64,000 bases of DNA from the NCBI GenBank assembly GCA_045594045.1, contig JAZNXV010000024.1:18172-82171 (forward strand). Reading direction: 5' to 3'. The position numbers and the translations under genes are program-made. Of this stretch, positions 48,187 through 59,000 are shown one piece after another. The notes under the pieces were generated by a model, which was given only the letters and a program-made list of their open reading frames with translations, was not told where the DNA came from and searched no databases. Source of the stretch: Clostridia bacterium (GTDB lineage Bacteria > Bacillota > Clostridia > Christensenellales > QALW01). Positions within the stretch are counted from its first letter, which is position 1. Each line of letters begins with the position of its first letter.

Positions 48187-50817
48187 ATGAGTCACAAGTA
48201 TGTTTACCTTTTCTCAGAGGGTGACGCAAAAATGCGTGAGCTTCTTGGCGGTAAAGGTGCTAACCTTGCAGAAATGACCAAAATCGGTCTTCCTGTTCCA
48301 CAAGGTTTCACAGTAACAACCGAAGCTTGCACACAGTACTACGAAGATGGTAGAAAGATTAACGATGAAATCCAAGCACAGATTATGGAGTACATCGACA
48401 AGATGGAAGGAATTACCGGCATGAAGTTCGGTGACAAAGAGAATCCTCTCCTTGTTTCCGTTCGTTCAGGTGCTCGTGCATCAATGCCCGGCATGATGGA
48501 TACAATCCTTAACCTTGGTCTTAACGAAGAAGTTGTTGAGGTTATGGCTGCAAAGTCAAACAATCCTCGTTGGGCTTGGGACTGCTATAGAAGATTTATT
48601 CAAATGTACTCCGACGTTGTTATGGAAGTTGGTAAAAAATACTTTGAACAACTCATTGACAAGATGAAGGAAGAGAAAGGCGTAACTCAAGATATCGAGC
48701 TTACTGCTGATGATCTTAAGACTCTTGCAGGTCAGTTTAAGGCTGAATATAAGAACAAGATCGGTAAAGACTTCCCCTCTGATCCCAAAGAGCAACTTAT
48801 GGGCGCTGTTGAAGCTGTTTTCCGTTCATGGGACAACCCCAGAGCTAACGTTTACCGTCGTGATAACGATATTCCTTATTCTTGGGGTACCGCTGTTAAC
48901 GTACAGATGATGGCTTTCGGTAACATGGGTGATGATTGCGGCACAGGTGTTGCATTTACTCGTGACCCTGCTACCGGCGAACCTGGACTTATGGGTGAAT
49001 TCCTTGTAAACGCTCAGGGTGAAGACGTTGTTGCAGGTGTTCGTACACCTATGCCTATTGCTGAAATGGCAGAAAAGTTCCCTGAAGCTTTTGCACAGTT
49101 CACAAAGGTTTGTGAAACTCTTGAAAACCACTACAACGATATGCAGGATATGGAGTTTACTGTTCAGGCAGGCAAGCTTTATATGCTTCAAACTCGTAAC
49201 GGTAAGAGAACAGCTAAGGCTGCTTTAAAGATCGCTTGTGACCTTGTTAGCGAAGGCAGAATCGATAAGAAGCAAGCTGTTGCTATGATCGACCCCAGAA
49301 ACCTTGATACACTTCTTCATCCTCAGTTCGATACTAAGGCTCTTAAAGAAGCAAATCCTGCAGGTAAGGGTCTTGGCGCATCTCCCGGTGCTGCTTGCGG
49401 CAAGGTAGTATTTACTGCTGAAGACGCAGAAGCTTGGAATGCTCGTGGCGAAAAGGTTATTCTTGTTCGTCTTGAAACCTCTCCTGAAGATATTACAGGT
49501 ATGAAGGCTTCTCAGGGTATCCTTACAGTTCGTGGCGGTATGACATCTCACGCAGCCGTTGTTGCTCGTGGTATGGGTACTTGCTGCGTATCCGGTTGCG
49601 GCGAAATCGCAATGGACGAAGAAAATAAGAAGTTCACTCTTGCAGGCAAGACCTACAACGAGGGCGACTATATTTCAATTGACGGTTCAACAGGTAACAT
49701 CTATGACGGCATTATCCCCACAGTAGATGCTGCTATCGTTGACGAGTTCAAGACAATTATGGATTGGGCTGACGAGTTCAGAACACTTAAGGTTCGTACA
49801 AACGCTGATACTCCTCAAGACGCTAAGAAGGCTGTTGAGCTTGGCGCAGAAGGTATCGGTCTTTGCCGTACAGAGCATATGTTCTTTGAAGCAGACAGAA
49901 TTGCTCCTTTCAGAGAGATGATCTGTTCCGATACAGTTGAAGCTCGTAAGGCAGCTCTTGAGAAGATTCTTCCTTATCAGCAGAGCGACTTCGAGCAGCT
50001 TTACACAGCTCTTGAAGGCAACCCTGTAACAATCCGTTTCCTTGATCCTCCGCTTCATGAGTTCGTTCCCACAGAAGAAGCTGACATTAAGGCTCTTGCA
50101 GAAGCACAAGGCAAGACAGTTGAAGAGATTAAGAACATTATCGCTTCACTTCACGAGTTCAACCCCATGATGGGTCACCGTGGATGCCGTCTTGCAGTTA
50201 CTTATCCTGAAATTGCTGAAATGCAAACAAAGGCTGTAATCCGCGCTGCTATCACTGTTAAGAAGGCACATCCCGATTGGAATGTTAAGCCTGAAATTAT
50301 GATTCCTCTTACAGGCGAAGTTAAAGAACTTAAGTACGTTAAGGATATCGTTGTAGCAACTGCTGATGAAGAAATCGCTGCTGCGGGCGCTGACCTTAAG
50401 TACGAAGTTGGTACTATGATCGAAATCCCCAGAGCTTGTCTTACTGCTGACGAAATCGCTAAGGAAGCTGATTTCTTCTGCTTCGGTACAAACGACCTTA
50501 CTCAGATGACATTCGGCTTCAGCCGTGACGATGCTGGTAAGTTCCTTGGCGCTTACTATGACAAGAAGATTTACGAGAACGACCCCTTCGCAAAGCTTGA
50601 CCAAACAGGCGTTGGTAAGCTTATGGAAATGTCCATTAAGCTTGGTAAGCCCGTAAATAGCGCACTTCACTGCGGTATCTGCGGCGAGCACGGTGGTGAC
50701 CCCGTATCCGTAGAATTCTGCCACAAGATTGGCCTTGACTACGTTTCCTGCTCACCCTTCCGCGTTCCGATTGCACGTCTTGCTGCTGCACAGGCTGCTA
50801 TCAAAGAAAGCAAGTAA
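48187..50817 (+). CDS. ppdK: Pyruvate, phosphate dikinase
   Basis: LLGGKGANLAEM, SVRSGARASMPGMMDT, GGMTSHAAVVARG, GLCRTEHM, FGTNDLTQ, CGEHGG. Confidence 0.98.
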   Translation: MSHKYVYLFSEGDAKMRELLGGKGANLAEMTKIGLPVPQGFTVTTEACTQYYEDGRKINDEIQAQIMEYIDKMEGITGMKFGDKENPLLVSVRSGARASMPGMMDTILNLGLNEEVVEVMAAKSNNPRWAWDCYRRFIQMYSDVVMEVGKKYFEQLIDKMKEEKGVTQDIELTADDLKTLAGQFKAEYKNKIGKDFPSDPKEQLMGAVEAVFRSWDNPRANVYRRDNDIPYSWGTAVNVQMMAFGNMGDDCGTGVAFTRDPATGEPGLMGEFLVNAQGEDVVAGVRTPMPIAEMAEKFPEAFAQFTKVCETLENHYNDMQDMEFTVQAGKLYMLQTRNGKRTAKAALKIACDLVSEGRIDKKQAVAMIDPRNLDTLLHPQFDTKALKEANPAGKGLGASPGAACGKVVFTAEDAEAWNARGEKVILVRLETSPEDITGMKASQGILTVRGGMTSHAAVVARGMGTCCVSGCGEIAMDEENKKFTLAGKTYNEGDYISIDGSTGNIYDGIIPTVDAAIVDEFKTIMDWADEFRTLKVRTNADTPQDAKKAVELGAEGIGLCRTEHMFFEADRIAPFREMICSDTVEARKAALEKILPYQQSDFEQLYTALEGNPVTIRFLDPPLHEFVPTEEADIKALAEAQGKTVEEIKNIIASLHEFNPMMGHRGCRLAVTYPEIAEMQTKAVIRAAITVKKAHPDWNVKPEIMIPLTGEVKELKYVKDIVVATADEEIAAAGADLKYEVGTMIEIPRACLTADEIAKEADFFCFGTNDLTQMTFGFSRDDAGKFLGAYYDKKIYENDPFAKLDQTGVGKLMEMSIKLGKPVNSALHCGICGEHGGDPVSVEFCHKIGLDYVSCSPFRVPIARLAAAQAAIKESK

Positions 50818-50834
50818 TTGCTGACTTTATAAAA
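50785..50834 (+). repeat. ppdK 3' end, source copy of a 50 bp direct repeat
   Basis: GCTGCACAGGCTGCTATCAAAGAAAGCAAGTAATTGCTGACTTTATAAAA; 47/50 identical to 52882-52931. Confidence 0.9.
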
Positions 50835-50840
50835 CAACTT

Positions 50841-50870
50841 ATCCCCACCGAGCAATCGGTGGGGATTTGC
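50841..50870 (+). terminator. Terminator after ppdK
   Basis: ATCCCCACCGA-gcaa-TCGGTGGGGAT. Confidence 0.8.
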
Positions 50871-50927
50871 TTGCTTTTTGGTTTTTTTATGGTATAATAC
50901 AGATAACTTATAAAAAAAGGTGTTTTT

Positions 50928-52151
50928 ATGATTGTTGAAAAAAGAATCAAGGATTTTGAAAAACTCGGTTTTGGTATGTTTGTGCATTTCGGACTTTATA
51001 GCGTTATCGGAAAAGGTGAATGGGCAAAACACTTATTTAATATGCCATGGGACGAATATTTTAAATCCCTCAATGTTTTTTCTCCTAAATCAAACTGGGC
51101 AGAGGAATTGGTTTTAATTGCAAAAGAGGCTGGTTGCCGATATATAACACTAACTACTCGACATCACGATGGATTTTCTCTTTATGATACTTGCGGATTA
51201 AATACCTATGATGCGCCTAATGTGTGTGGTCGAGACCTTGTAAAAGAATTTGTGGACGCTTGTAACAAACACGGCATTATACCTTTTTTCTATCATACCC
51301 TTTTGGATTGGCACGAAGAAAGTTATAAAACTGATTTTAAAGAATACTTGAAATATCTTAGAAAAAGCATAGAAATTCTTTGCAAAAACTATGGAAAAAT
51401 AGGTGGCTTTTGGTTTGATGGAAAGTGGGATAACCCTAATGAAGACTGGGAAGAAGACACTCTTTATTCTCTCATTAGAAGCTATCAACCCGATACCATG
51501 ATTATAAACAATACAGGATTACAAAATCGCGGTGAATTAGGCCATATTGAGCTTGACAGCGTCACCTTTGAACGCGGTAGACCTCAACCTATAAATCTTG
51601 AATGTTCACCCAAATATATTGCAAGCGAGATGTGTGAAACGTTTGCAAGCCATTGGGGATATGCAGAAAACGACTTTAACTTCAAGTCATTGGAGCATCT
51701 TATTAACAGTTTTGCTATTTGCCGTAGATATAGGTCTAATTTTCTTTTCAATGTAGGACCAAAAGCAGACGGAAGTCTTCGCACTATTGACAAGGGCGCA
51801 TTGGAGATTTTAGGGCAATGGAGCAAGATGAACGATGAAGCATTGCATATTCCAGAGCCTACTGATATTGAAATCAAAGGCAAATCACATAACTTCATAC
51901 TTCGCAACGGCAACACCTACTATCTGTTTGCAAGCGATTTAAGCATTAATGGTGGTGAACACGTTACTATCGATAATGTTTTTAATCCCAATAACATTTT
52001 TACTTTTGATAAAAAAATTAAATCTGTATGTTGGCTTGATAATGGAGAAAAACTTAACTTCACCCAGAATGATAACGAGGTGAATATACACACTGAAAAG
52101 TTTGAATATGGGCAGGATTTTGTAGTAAGAGTTGCAAAAATAGAGGTGTAA
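50928..52151 (+). CDS. GH29 alpha-L-fucosidase-like hydrolase
   Basis: FGMFVHFGLYS, TTRHHDGF, GFWFDG, NVGPKADG; no signal peptide. Confidence 0.9.
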   Translation: MIVEKRIKDFEKLGFGMFVHFGLYSVIGKGEWAKHLFNMPWDEYFKSLNVFSPKSNWAEELVLIAKEAGCRYITLTTRHHDGFSLYDTCGLNTYDAPNVCGRDLVKEFVDACNKHGIIPFFYHTLLDWHEESYKTDFKEYLKYLRKSIEILCKNYGKIGGFWFDGKWDNPNEDWEEDTLYSLIRSYQPDTMIINNTGLQNRGELGHIELDSVTFERGRPQPINLECSPKYIASEMCETFASHWGYAENDFNFKSLEHLINSFAICRRYRSNFLFNVGPKADGSLRTIDKGALEILGQWSKMNDEALHIPEPTDIEIKGKSHNFILRNGNTYYLFASDLSINGGEHVTIDNVFNPNNIFTFDKKIKSVCWLDNGEKLNFTQNDNEVNIHTEKFEYGQDFVVRVAKIEV

Positions 52152-52171
52152 TCACACACTGCCCAAAGGTT

Positions 52172-52272
52172 TTTCCACTTTTTCTGATAGCACTACACGC
52201 TACAATCCGTTAATTTGGCTACTTACTAACTTTATAAAAAACAAACCTCACCGAGAAATTGGCGGGGTTTGT
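52172..52272 (+). repeat. Degenerate copy of the ppdK 3'-end/terminator module
   Basis: Ungapped match to 52876-52931 (about 36/56 by manual count), followed by hairpin CCTCACCGAGAAATTGGCGGGG resembling the ppdK terminator. Confidence 0.6.
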
Positions 52273-52339
52273 TTTTTGCATTGTAATTACAGACAAAATA
52301 TGTTATAATATCCAAAGAAACGTAAGCGTGGTGAAAATA

Positions 52340-52564
52340 GTGGATTTTCGTAAAAAGAAAATGATTGCTCCAATTATAATTACAGTTATGATGACGTTAT
52401 ATTACGTTGTGTATTTTGGCTTTTTAATTTCGTTGCTTAATGGAATATGGAAGTATGTTTTAGGTATTATTCCTCTTGTGTTTTCGGGGATTACGATATA
52501 TGTTTGTGTACAAAGAATAAATGAAATAAAGAAGGGAGAAGAAGATGATATTAGTAAATACTGA
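52340..52564 (+). CDS. Small two-TM membrane protein
   Basis: KKKMIAPIIITV...EEDDISKY; overlaps ybjQ-like gene; start uncertain (GTG 52340). Confidence 0.7.
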   Translation: MDFRKKKMIAPIIITVMMTLYYVVYFGFLISLLNGIWKYVLGIIPLVFSGITIYVCVQRINEIKKGEEDDISKY

Positions 52565-52862
52565 TTATATCAGCGGTAAAGAATTTGAAATGTTAGGGCT
52601 TGTAAAAGGAAGTACAATTCAATCCAAGCACATTGGTAATGATATTGCACAGAGCTTTAAGACTTTGGTTGGCGGAGAGTTAAAATCCTATAACGAAATG
52701 ATGAACGAGGCGCGTGCCCTTGCCACCAAAAGAATGGTTGCAGAAGCAGAAGAATTGGGTGCGGATGCGATTGTGAACATTCGTTATGCTTCTTCTGCTG
52801 TTATGCAGGGCGCTGCGGAAGTAATTGTATACGGTACCGCCGTTAAATTCGTTAATAAATAA
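52545..52862 (+). CDS. YbjQ/UPF0145 family protein
   Basis: GLVKGST, LVGGEL..Y, GADAIVNIRY, YGTAV. Confidence 0.9.
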   Translation: MILVNTDYISGKEFEMLGLVKGSTIQSKHIGNDIAQSFKTLVGGELKSYNEMMNEARALATKRMVAEAEELGADAIVNIRYASSAVMQGAAEVIVYGTAVKFVNK

Positions 52863-52881
52863 TTTCCCTCTTTTGCTGATA

Positions 52882-52931
52882 GCTGCACAGGCTGCAATCA
52901 AAGAAAGCAAGTAATTGCTGAACTTATAAAA
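52882..52931 (+). repeat. Second copy of ppdK 3' end (50 bp direct repeat)
   Basis: 47/50 identical to 50785-50834; followed by hairpin ACCCGTG..CACGGGT + T run. Confidence 0.9.
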
Positions 52932-53254
52932 ATTATACCCGTGTTTTTTTGCACGGGTGTTTTTTTATTTTAATATTAACTTAAAGGTGATACCGATCCC
53001 GATTGTTATGCAGAAATTATATCAAAGACAAGTTTGAATTAACGAATTGCATTTCCCACTTTTTCATACTGCGCCGCTGGTTTCTGTTAAGAATATAAAA
53101 ATCTGTCATAAATAAATAATTATCCCCAACCAAATTTGCGGAGGATATTTTGTGTTTTATGCTCTTTTAATTTGGCGCAAGATATGGTATAATTAAAATT
53201 GAAGTGAGAAATTCACTCGTTTAGAATAAATTATTATCACATTATTGAGGTAAA

Positions 53255-53986
53255 ATGATGAACGGGGTAATTGAGCAATTAAAGGAAAGAAAGTCTGTAC
53301 GTGCTTTTGCAGATAGACCTATCACGCAGGGGGAAGTATCGGCTATTCTTGAGGCCGCGGTAAATGCACCTACTGCAGGAAATCAACAGCTTTACACAAT
53401 TATTAACGTAACAGACGCTCGTTTAAAGGCTCGGCTTGCGGAAAGCTGTGACCATCAGCCGTTTATTGAAAAGGCGCCGCTGGTGCTTGTATTTTGCGCC
53501 GATTGCCGTAAGTGGTATAATGCTTTTTGCGAATTCGGTTGCGAGCCGCGCAGGCTTGGTGTGGGCGATTTAATGCTTGCTGTAAGCGATGCAAACATAG
53601 CCGCGCAGAATGCGGTTGTAGCAGCCCAAAGTCTTGGTATCGGTTCTTGCTATATTGGTGATATTATGGAAAACGCTGAAACCCAAAGAGAATTGCTTTC
53701 TTTACCGCCTTACGTTTTTCCTGCGGCTATGCTTGTGTTTGGATACCCAACGGAGCAACAAAATGAACGCCCAAAACCGCCGCGCTGTGAAATGCATCAT
53801 ATTGTGCACGAGAACGGATATCGAGATATGGACGCTAACGAGCTAAAGGAAATGCTTCTTTTGAAAGCAGGTATCCGCAATTTTGAAGAGTGGATACAGG
53901 CGTTCTGCAACAGAAAATTTAATTCCGACTTTTCAAAGGAAATGACTCGTTCTGTAAAAGTGTTTTTAGATGATTTCCAAAAATAG
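53255..53986 (+). CDS. Nitroreductase (NfsA/FRP-like)
   Basis: RKSVRAF, APTAGNQQ, AAQNAVVAAQSLGIGSCYIG, FGYP. Confidence 0.9.
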   Translation: MMNGVIEQLKERKSVRAFADRPITQGEVSAILEAAVNAPTAGNQQLYTIINVTDARLKARLAESCDHQPFIEKAPLVLVFCADCRKWYNAFCEFGCEPRRLGVGDLMLAVSDANIAAQNAVVAAQSLGIGSCYIGDIMENAETQRELLSLPPYVFPAAMLVFGYPTEQQNERPKPPRCEMHHIVHENGYRDMDANELKEMLLLKAGIRNFEEWIQAFCNRKFNSDFSKEMTRSVKVFLDDFQK

Positions 53987-54185
53987 TCCTTGGTCTGCTT
54001 TGTTTAAATCTGCTATTTATAACGGTCTAAACTCATTACAAAACAATTTTTTCCGTCAAATTCAAGGCAGGGGTTTTGTGTCAGTTGTAATTATGGCGAT
54101 ATATGATATAACAAAGTAGTAAGTTTATGGTTTAAAAACGTTTAAAAAAGAATTTTAATGATATTGATTACATAGGAGTTGGAGA

Positions 54186-54614
54186 ATGATTTATACCGAA
54201 AATACCAAAAAAGCGTTACAGCTATGCTTTGAGGCACACAAGAAACAGCTTGATAAAAGCGGTCTGCCGTACGTATTTCACCCTTTTCATCTGGCAGAAC
54301 AGATGAAGGACGAAAAAACTATAATCGTCGCTCTTTTGCATGACGTTGTGGAGGATGCGGGTTATACCATTGAGGATCTGCGTGAAAATGGCTTTGGCGA
54401 AGATATTATAGAAGCTATTTCCTTGCTTACACACGGTAAAGGTGTAAATTATATGGAATATGTTAAGGCTATAAAGAAAAATGCTATTGCTAAAGAGGTA
54501 AAGCTTGCCGATTTAAAGCATAATTCCGACATAACAAGGTTGGACGTTGTTGATGAAGAGGCACTGGAAAGAAGAAAAAGGTATCTTGAGGCTATTGAAT
54601 TATTGGAGAGGTAG
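54186..54614 (+). CDS. HD-domain protein, small alarmone hydrolase (RelA/SpoT HD_4)-like
   Basis: AHKKQLDKSGLPYVFHP, ALLHDVVED, VKLADLKHNSD. Confidence 0.82.
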   Translation: MIYTENTKKALQLCFEAHKKQLDKSGLPYVFHPFHLAEQMKDEKTIIVALLHDVVEDAGYTIEDLRENGFGEDIIEAISLLTHGKGVNYMEYVKAIKKNAIAKEVKLADLKHNSDITRLDVVDEEALERRKRYLEAIELLER

Positions 54615-54650
54615 TACTCGTAAAAAAACATAAACGTATAAAGGACGTCA

Positions 54651-54682
54651 AAAATCCGCCCAAATGCTTTGGGCGGATTTTC
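54651..54682. terminator. Bidirectional terminator
   Basis: AAAATCCGCCCAAA..TTTGGGCGGATTTT. Confidence 0.82.
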
Positions 54683-54828
54683 TTTTAGATGTTTTTGTAA
54701 TAAAATGCAAACGGTTGTTAGCTAAAGCGCGCAAGACGATTACAAGATAGAATATCACGAAAAGTAAACTGTTATTGAAAAACGTGCGCAAAAGCGAGAA
54801 AAATTCAAAAACAGAGTGTGTAGTGAAA

Positions 54829-55482
54829 TTAGAGCGCTTTAATGTACGAAGTAATTCTGTCAGTTAAAATCTCATATCCGGCATCGTTGGGGTGAAGACC
54901 GTCGGGCATAAACATAACCTTATTTTCTTCAATATTAGGTTGAATTTGGCTTGTTCTATATAAATCTATAATGCCGATAGAATAATATTCGGTTATTTCT
55001 CTGATAATTTCAACATATTCCTTTAAGGTGCGTTTGGGATTGCCGTCTTTATCGGGATAAACAGTAAATTCGTTACAGCGATGCAGGGGAGTGATAAAGG
55101 CAATACGGGATGAAGGATATTTTAATAAAAGCTTTTGGCATAAGGTGTGAAGGGCACCGTAAAAGGTGTATGGATCACGGTCATCAAAGGTGCCGACGGG
55201 AGCATCACCGTGTTCGTAATCGTTTGTGCCGCCAAAAACTATAACTAAATCGGCATCATCGTCCATTTGGTCAACACGCGTTACAAAATCGGCGTTGTGG
55301 GGAAGATAAGAAAATTCGTTTGTTTGAACGGCAATTCGAGTGCCGCCAATACCATAATTTTTTACTATTGCACCGTATTTTGAAGCAATAAGGTCAGTGT
55401 ATCTTTTTTCTACACTGCTGGCACCACAGCCCTGTGTAATACTGTCGCCTAAAAAATTGATTTTTAAATTCTTTAATTCCAT
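54829..55482 (-). CDS. SGNH/GDSL hydrolase
   Basis: FLGDSIT, GIGG, GGTND, DGLHPN; likely start ATG 55482. Confidence 0.9.
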   Translation of the reverse strand: MELKNLKINFLGDSITQGCGASSVEKRYTDLIASKYGAIVKNYGIGGTRIAVQTNEFSYLPHNADFVTRVDQMDDDADLVIVFGGTNDYEHGDAPVGTFDDRDPYTFYGALHTLCQKLLLKYPSSRIAFITPLHRCNEFTVYPDKDGNPKRTLKEYVEIIREITEYYSIGIIDLYRTSQIQPNIEENKVMFMPDGLHPNDAGYEILTDRITSYIKAL

Positions 55483-55572
55483 ATTAGTAGTTCTCCTATA
55501 AATAAAAATGTCAATTAAAGTAATCTTTATTAACAATAGATATTATAAGGGAATAAATATGAAAAAGCAACA

Positions 55573-55848
55573 CTATTTCGAGGCTTTTTTTAAATTTTTT
55601 AGCGATAAATACTTTTCTTTTGTGGCAATTCCGCCCCTAATATGACGTTCGTCTTTATGAATATCAAGAATTTTTTTGATTTTTAAGAAGAGAGAAGGGT
55701 TTATGTGCTCAAGCCTTTCGGTAACGTCCTTATGTACTGTGCTTTTACTTATGCCGAATTGCTTTGCGGCACCGCGGACAGTATCACCGGTTTCTATAAT
55801 ATATACCGCTAATTCTTGGGCGCGTTTTTCAATAAAATCGTTAAACAT
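55573..55848 (-). CDS. spoIIID: Sporulation transcription factor SpoIIID
   Basis: TVRGAAKQFGISKSTVHKDVTERL, ERHIRGGIATKEKY. Confidence 0.96.
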   Translation of the reverse strand: MFNDFIEKRAQELAVYIIETGDTVRGAAKQFGISKSTVHKDVTERLEHINPSLFLKIKKILDIHKDERHIRGGIATKEKYLSLKNLKKASK

Positions 55849-56007
55849 AATACCTCCAACAAAGGAATACTTTACTAAAAAATATTCTTTGCTCGGCTAT
55901 AATAGAACGAATTTATTTTTAGCGGTCAAATAAAAATATGCACCGCCAAAGTGCATAGCCTTTGAGGTGCATATAGAAATGATGCTTTTTATATACGATA
56001 TATTTAA

Positions 56008-59000
56008 TTAAACAATCATTTGCTTAAGCAATAGAGAATCCCGGGGGTCGACAATACCGTCGCAATTTATGTCGGCAGAATAAAGTGTAACAGAACTTGT
56101 TCTTCCAAGAAGATAATCACGTAAAATACTGCTGTCATCGGCATTAACGGCGCCATTGCCGTCCATATCGCCTAAAACGTAGAGCGTATAATGCTTTTCG
56201 TCGGCAGAGGTGCTAACAGTAAGCACGCAACCTGTAGAGATAACGTCGTTATCGCTCAAAAGAACAGAGCCTTTTTTTACGTTATAGGTGTTTGGCAGGG
56301 CAGAAAGTCTTGAGATAAAGGCTTCTACGGTAGTGCCGCCTGATATTTTATAAATAGAATCAGCCGTAACCAGATAGGTTGAAGATGAAATATCAATGGG
56401 AGTGGGAATATATATTCCGTTACTTGAAATCCAGCCCTTATACAGACCGTATGCCTTTGCCTTTAAGAAAAGAGTATGACCGATATCATCTTGTGTTACG
56501 GTGTAGGAAGACGCGGTTTGACCGGCAAGCTTATTCTCGTCAACGTGCCAACTGTAAATGAATTTATCGTTGTTTGGAGCAGAAAGCACGCTGTTGACCG
56601 TGGGTGTACCTGAAATGGTAACGTTGCCTTCGGTTGCGCTTAAAAGCTCTTCGTCAAAGGGAAGAGAAGCAAGCTGTGGGTGTATAAATTCACCCATAAG
56701 CACCCAAACGCTTTCAAAGTCAAAACCCGTAAAGGCTGATGAAGTTAAGGATTGAGCTTTGCTTAAGGGCGCGGCATAGGTATCGTCTGTTCCGTAGGGC
56801 AGATAGTAGCAGTTTGCGTTTGAACCGTTACGAAGATAGGCGGTAGAAATTGCGCTTGCGTTGACAGATGCACCCGTTGCCTTAATTTCGGCGGCATTAT
56901 AGCAGGAACTAAGTGATACGCCGCTGTAGCGTAGCGAAGGTAAAATGCCGCTGGAAACGGCTGTACCGTTTGTGCTTGTGCTTAATGCACCTACGTTAAA
57001 ACAATTTCTAATCTTTAACAAAACGTTATTGCTGTTTATGCCGTAGCTGACAATAAAATCACCTAAAATACCGCCTGTGAAGGAAGTTTCACCACGAGAG
57101 TTAACTTCAATATTGCACGCATTGTAGCATTTTTCAATAATTGTTTCAGAGGTGTTGTTTAAAGAAATAACACGACCGATTAAGCCACCTGCATAAGTAT
57201 TTGAATCGGCTGAACAGTTAATAGTGCCTTTTGCAGTTGAAAGAGAGATAGTCTGAATTATTGTTGACGAATTAAATACAGCACCGAAAATTCCGCCAAC
57301 GGCATAGCTTTTGCCGTTACCTGATGCAGAAACAGTACCAGATACTGACAGAGAGCTCATTTCTACCTCGTTAGGCTCGGAAAGTTCAATACAGCCTGCA
57401 ATGCCGCCTGCATAGAGGAAATCGTTTTCGGAGGCAACAGTTAAATTCACGGTGGCTTGGCAGTTTTTAAATACTGTGTTTTCTGCATAGCCTGCAAATG
57501 CACCGCATGCACCTGTACCCGTAACTGTGCCGTTAAAGCTTACGTCTGTAATAAACGCACCCTTACAAGCACCTAACATACCGTTGCCGGATACGTTAAC
57601 GGATATTTTTTTGTTATTGCCCTCAAGTCTTCCTGTAAAGGGTTCAAAGTAACCGCAGCTTGAAAAGATTGTTTGGTCAAGCGCATTTATATCGTTTAAA
57701 ATAAAGTAGTTGCTGTTTGGGAAAAACTTAATATTTTCAATATTTTTTGCTGTGTAAATAGGATAGAAATCCCTTAAGGATTGGAAGAGAGATTTGTCTT
57801 CCGTGTTAGCATAAATATTTATGGGTAAAATGGTTGATGCACCCATATAACTCAAGGTTACGGGGTTCATTCCCAAATGAAATTCACATTCTCCAAGGGT
57901 GAAACCCGAAGAAATAGTTGAATACGTTCCGTCGTTATAGTCAACCCTGACGATAATGCCGGCTGTGTTTACGGAGGATACGTCGTCAATTAAGTAATCG
58001 GAAACGATAGGGGCTTTGTTAATTGTCACTTTTGTTGCTTCTTTGCTTGCACTTGAGAGATTTTCACGCAAACGGGGGAAGAGATAGCCTTCGTCGGCAA
58101 TAGTCCAAACAGACGTGAAATCAAAGCCACTAAATGTGTTTTCATCACTCATTGCTTCGTACGTGCAGGGCGCGGAATTATCGTTTTGCGATGCAACAGA
58201 TACTGAGTTATTTAAGTAAAAGCAATTTTCTTTTACAAGATTGCTTCCGCCTGCTATTCCGCCTGCATTGGAAGAGGTGGAAATTAAACCAACGTTATAG
58301 CAGTTTTTTATCAAACTGTTAGCGTCTGTATTGCTCTTTGTGGTATAGCCGCAAATACCGCCTAAATAAGCAGAGGTGTTTTCGGTTGAAATTTTGCCTG
58401 TATTAAAGGAGTCGGTTACCAAAAAAACGGAATTTGAACTGTTATGAGTTCCTTGAATATAACCGCAAATGCCGCCGCCACGGGTTGAAACGGTTTTTAT
58501 TTCTCCGGAATTAAAGCATTTGGAAAATGTAATGGTATTTGCAGAGCCTTCGGGGAAAGCCCAACCACCAATACCGCCAATATTTACAGATGCTTCAATG
58601 GTTCCCGTGTTTTTGCAAAGGGAGAATTGTGAGCCTATAACTCTGCCGCAAATGCCTCCGACCTCGCTTATACCGAACACGTTGCCGTAATTTGCACAGC
58701 TTATAAAGCTTGAATTTTTACTGTGACCGCAAATACCACCTACGGCAGTTTCACCGTAAATAGAAGCATAGTTGGCGCAATTGGTGAAAACGGTATTTAT
58801 TGCACCGCCTACGATGCCGCCAATATATTCGTGGTTCGTAGAGCTATAGCTTGGAAGAGTGGTATATGAGATAACTTCGCCGTAAACGGATAAATTGCTT
58901 ATTTGAGCATTTAGGGTATAAGCAAAAAGACCTTGGCAAATAACATCGCCGTTGACGCTCAAGTTCTTTATGCTGTATCCGTTGCCGTCAAAGCGTCCTT

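Noticed and set aside
48339-50724. Multiple long antisense ORFs (up to 192 aa) inside ppdK, and similar ones inside oppA, cgs and the GH140 gene
   Set aside because: Expected shadows of biased codon usage on the coding strand; no RBS or recognisable motifs
50785-52931. Prophage or IS element bounded by the 50 bp repeat
   Set aside because: The enclosed 2.1 kb has no recombinase, transposase, terminal inverted repeats or phage genes; kept only as a cassette-like observation
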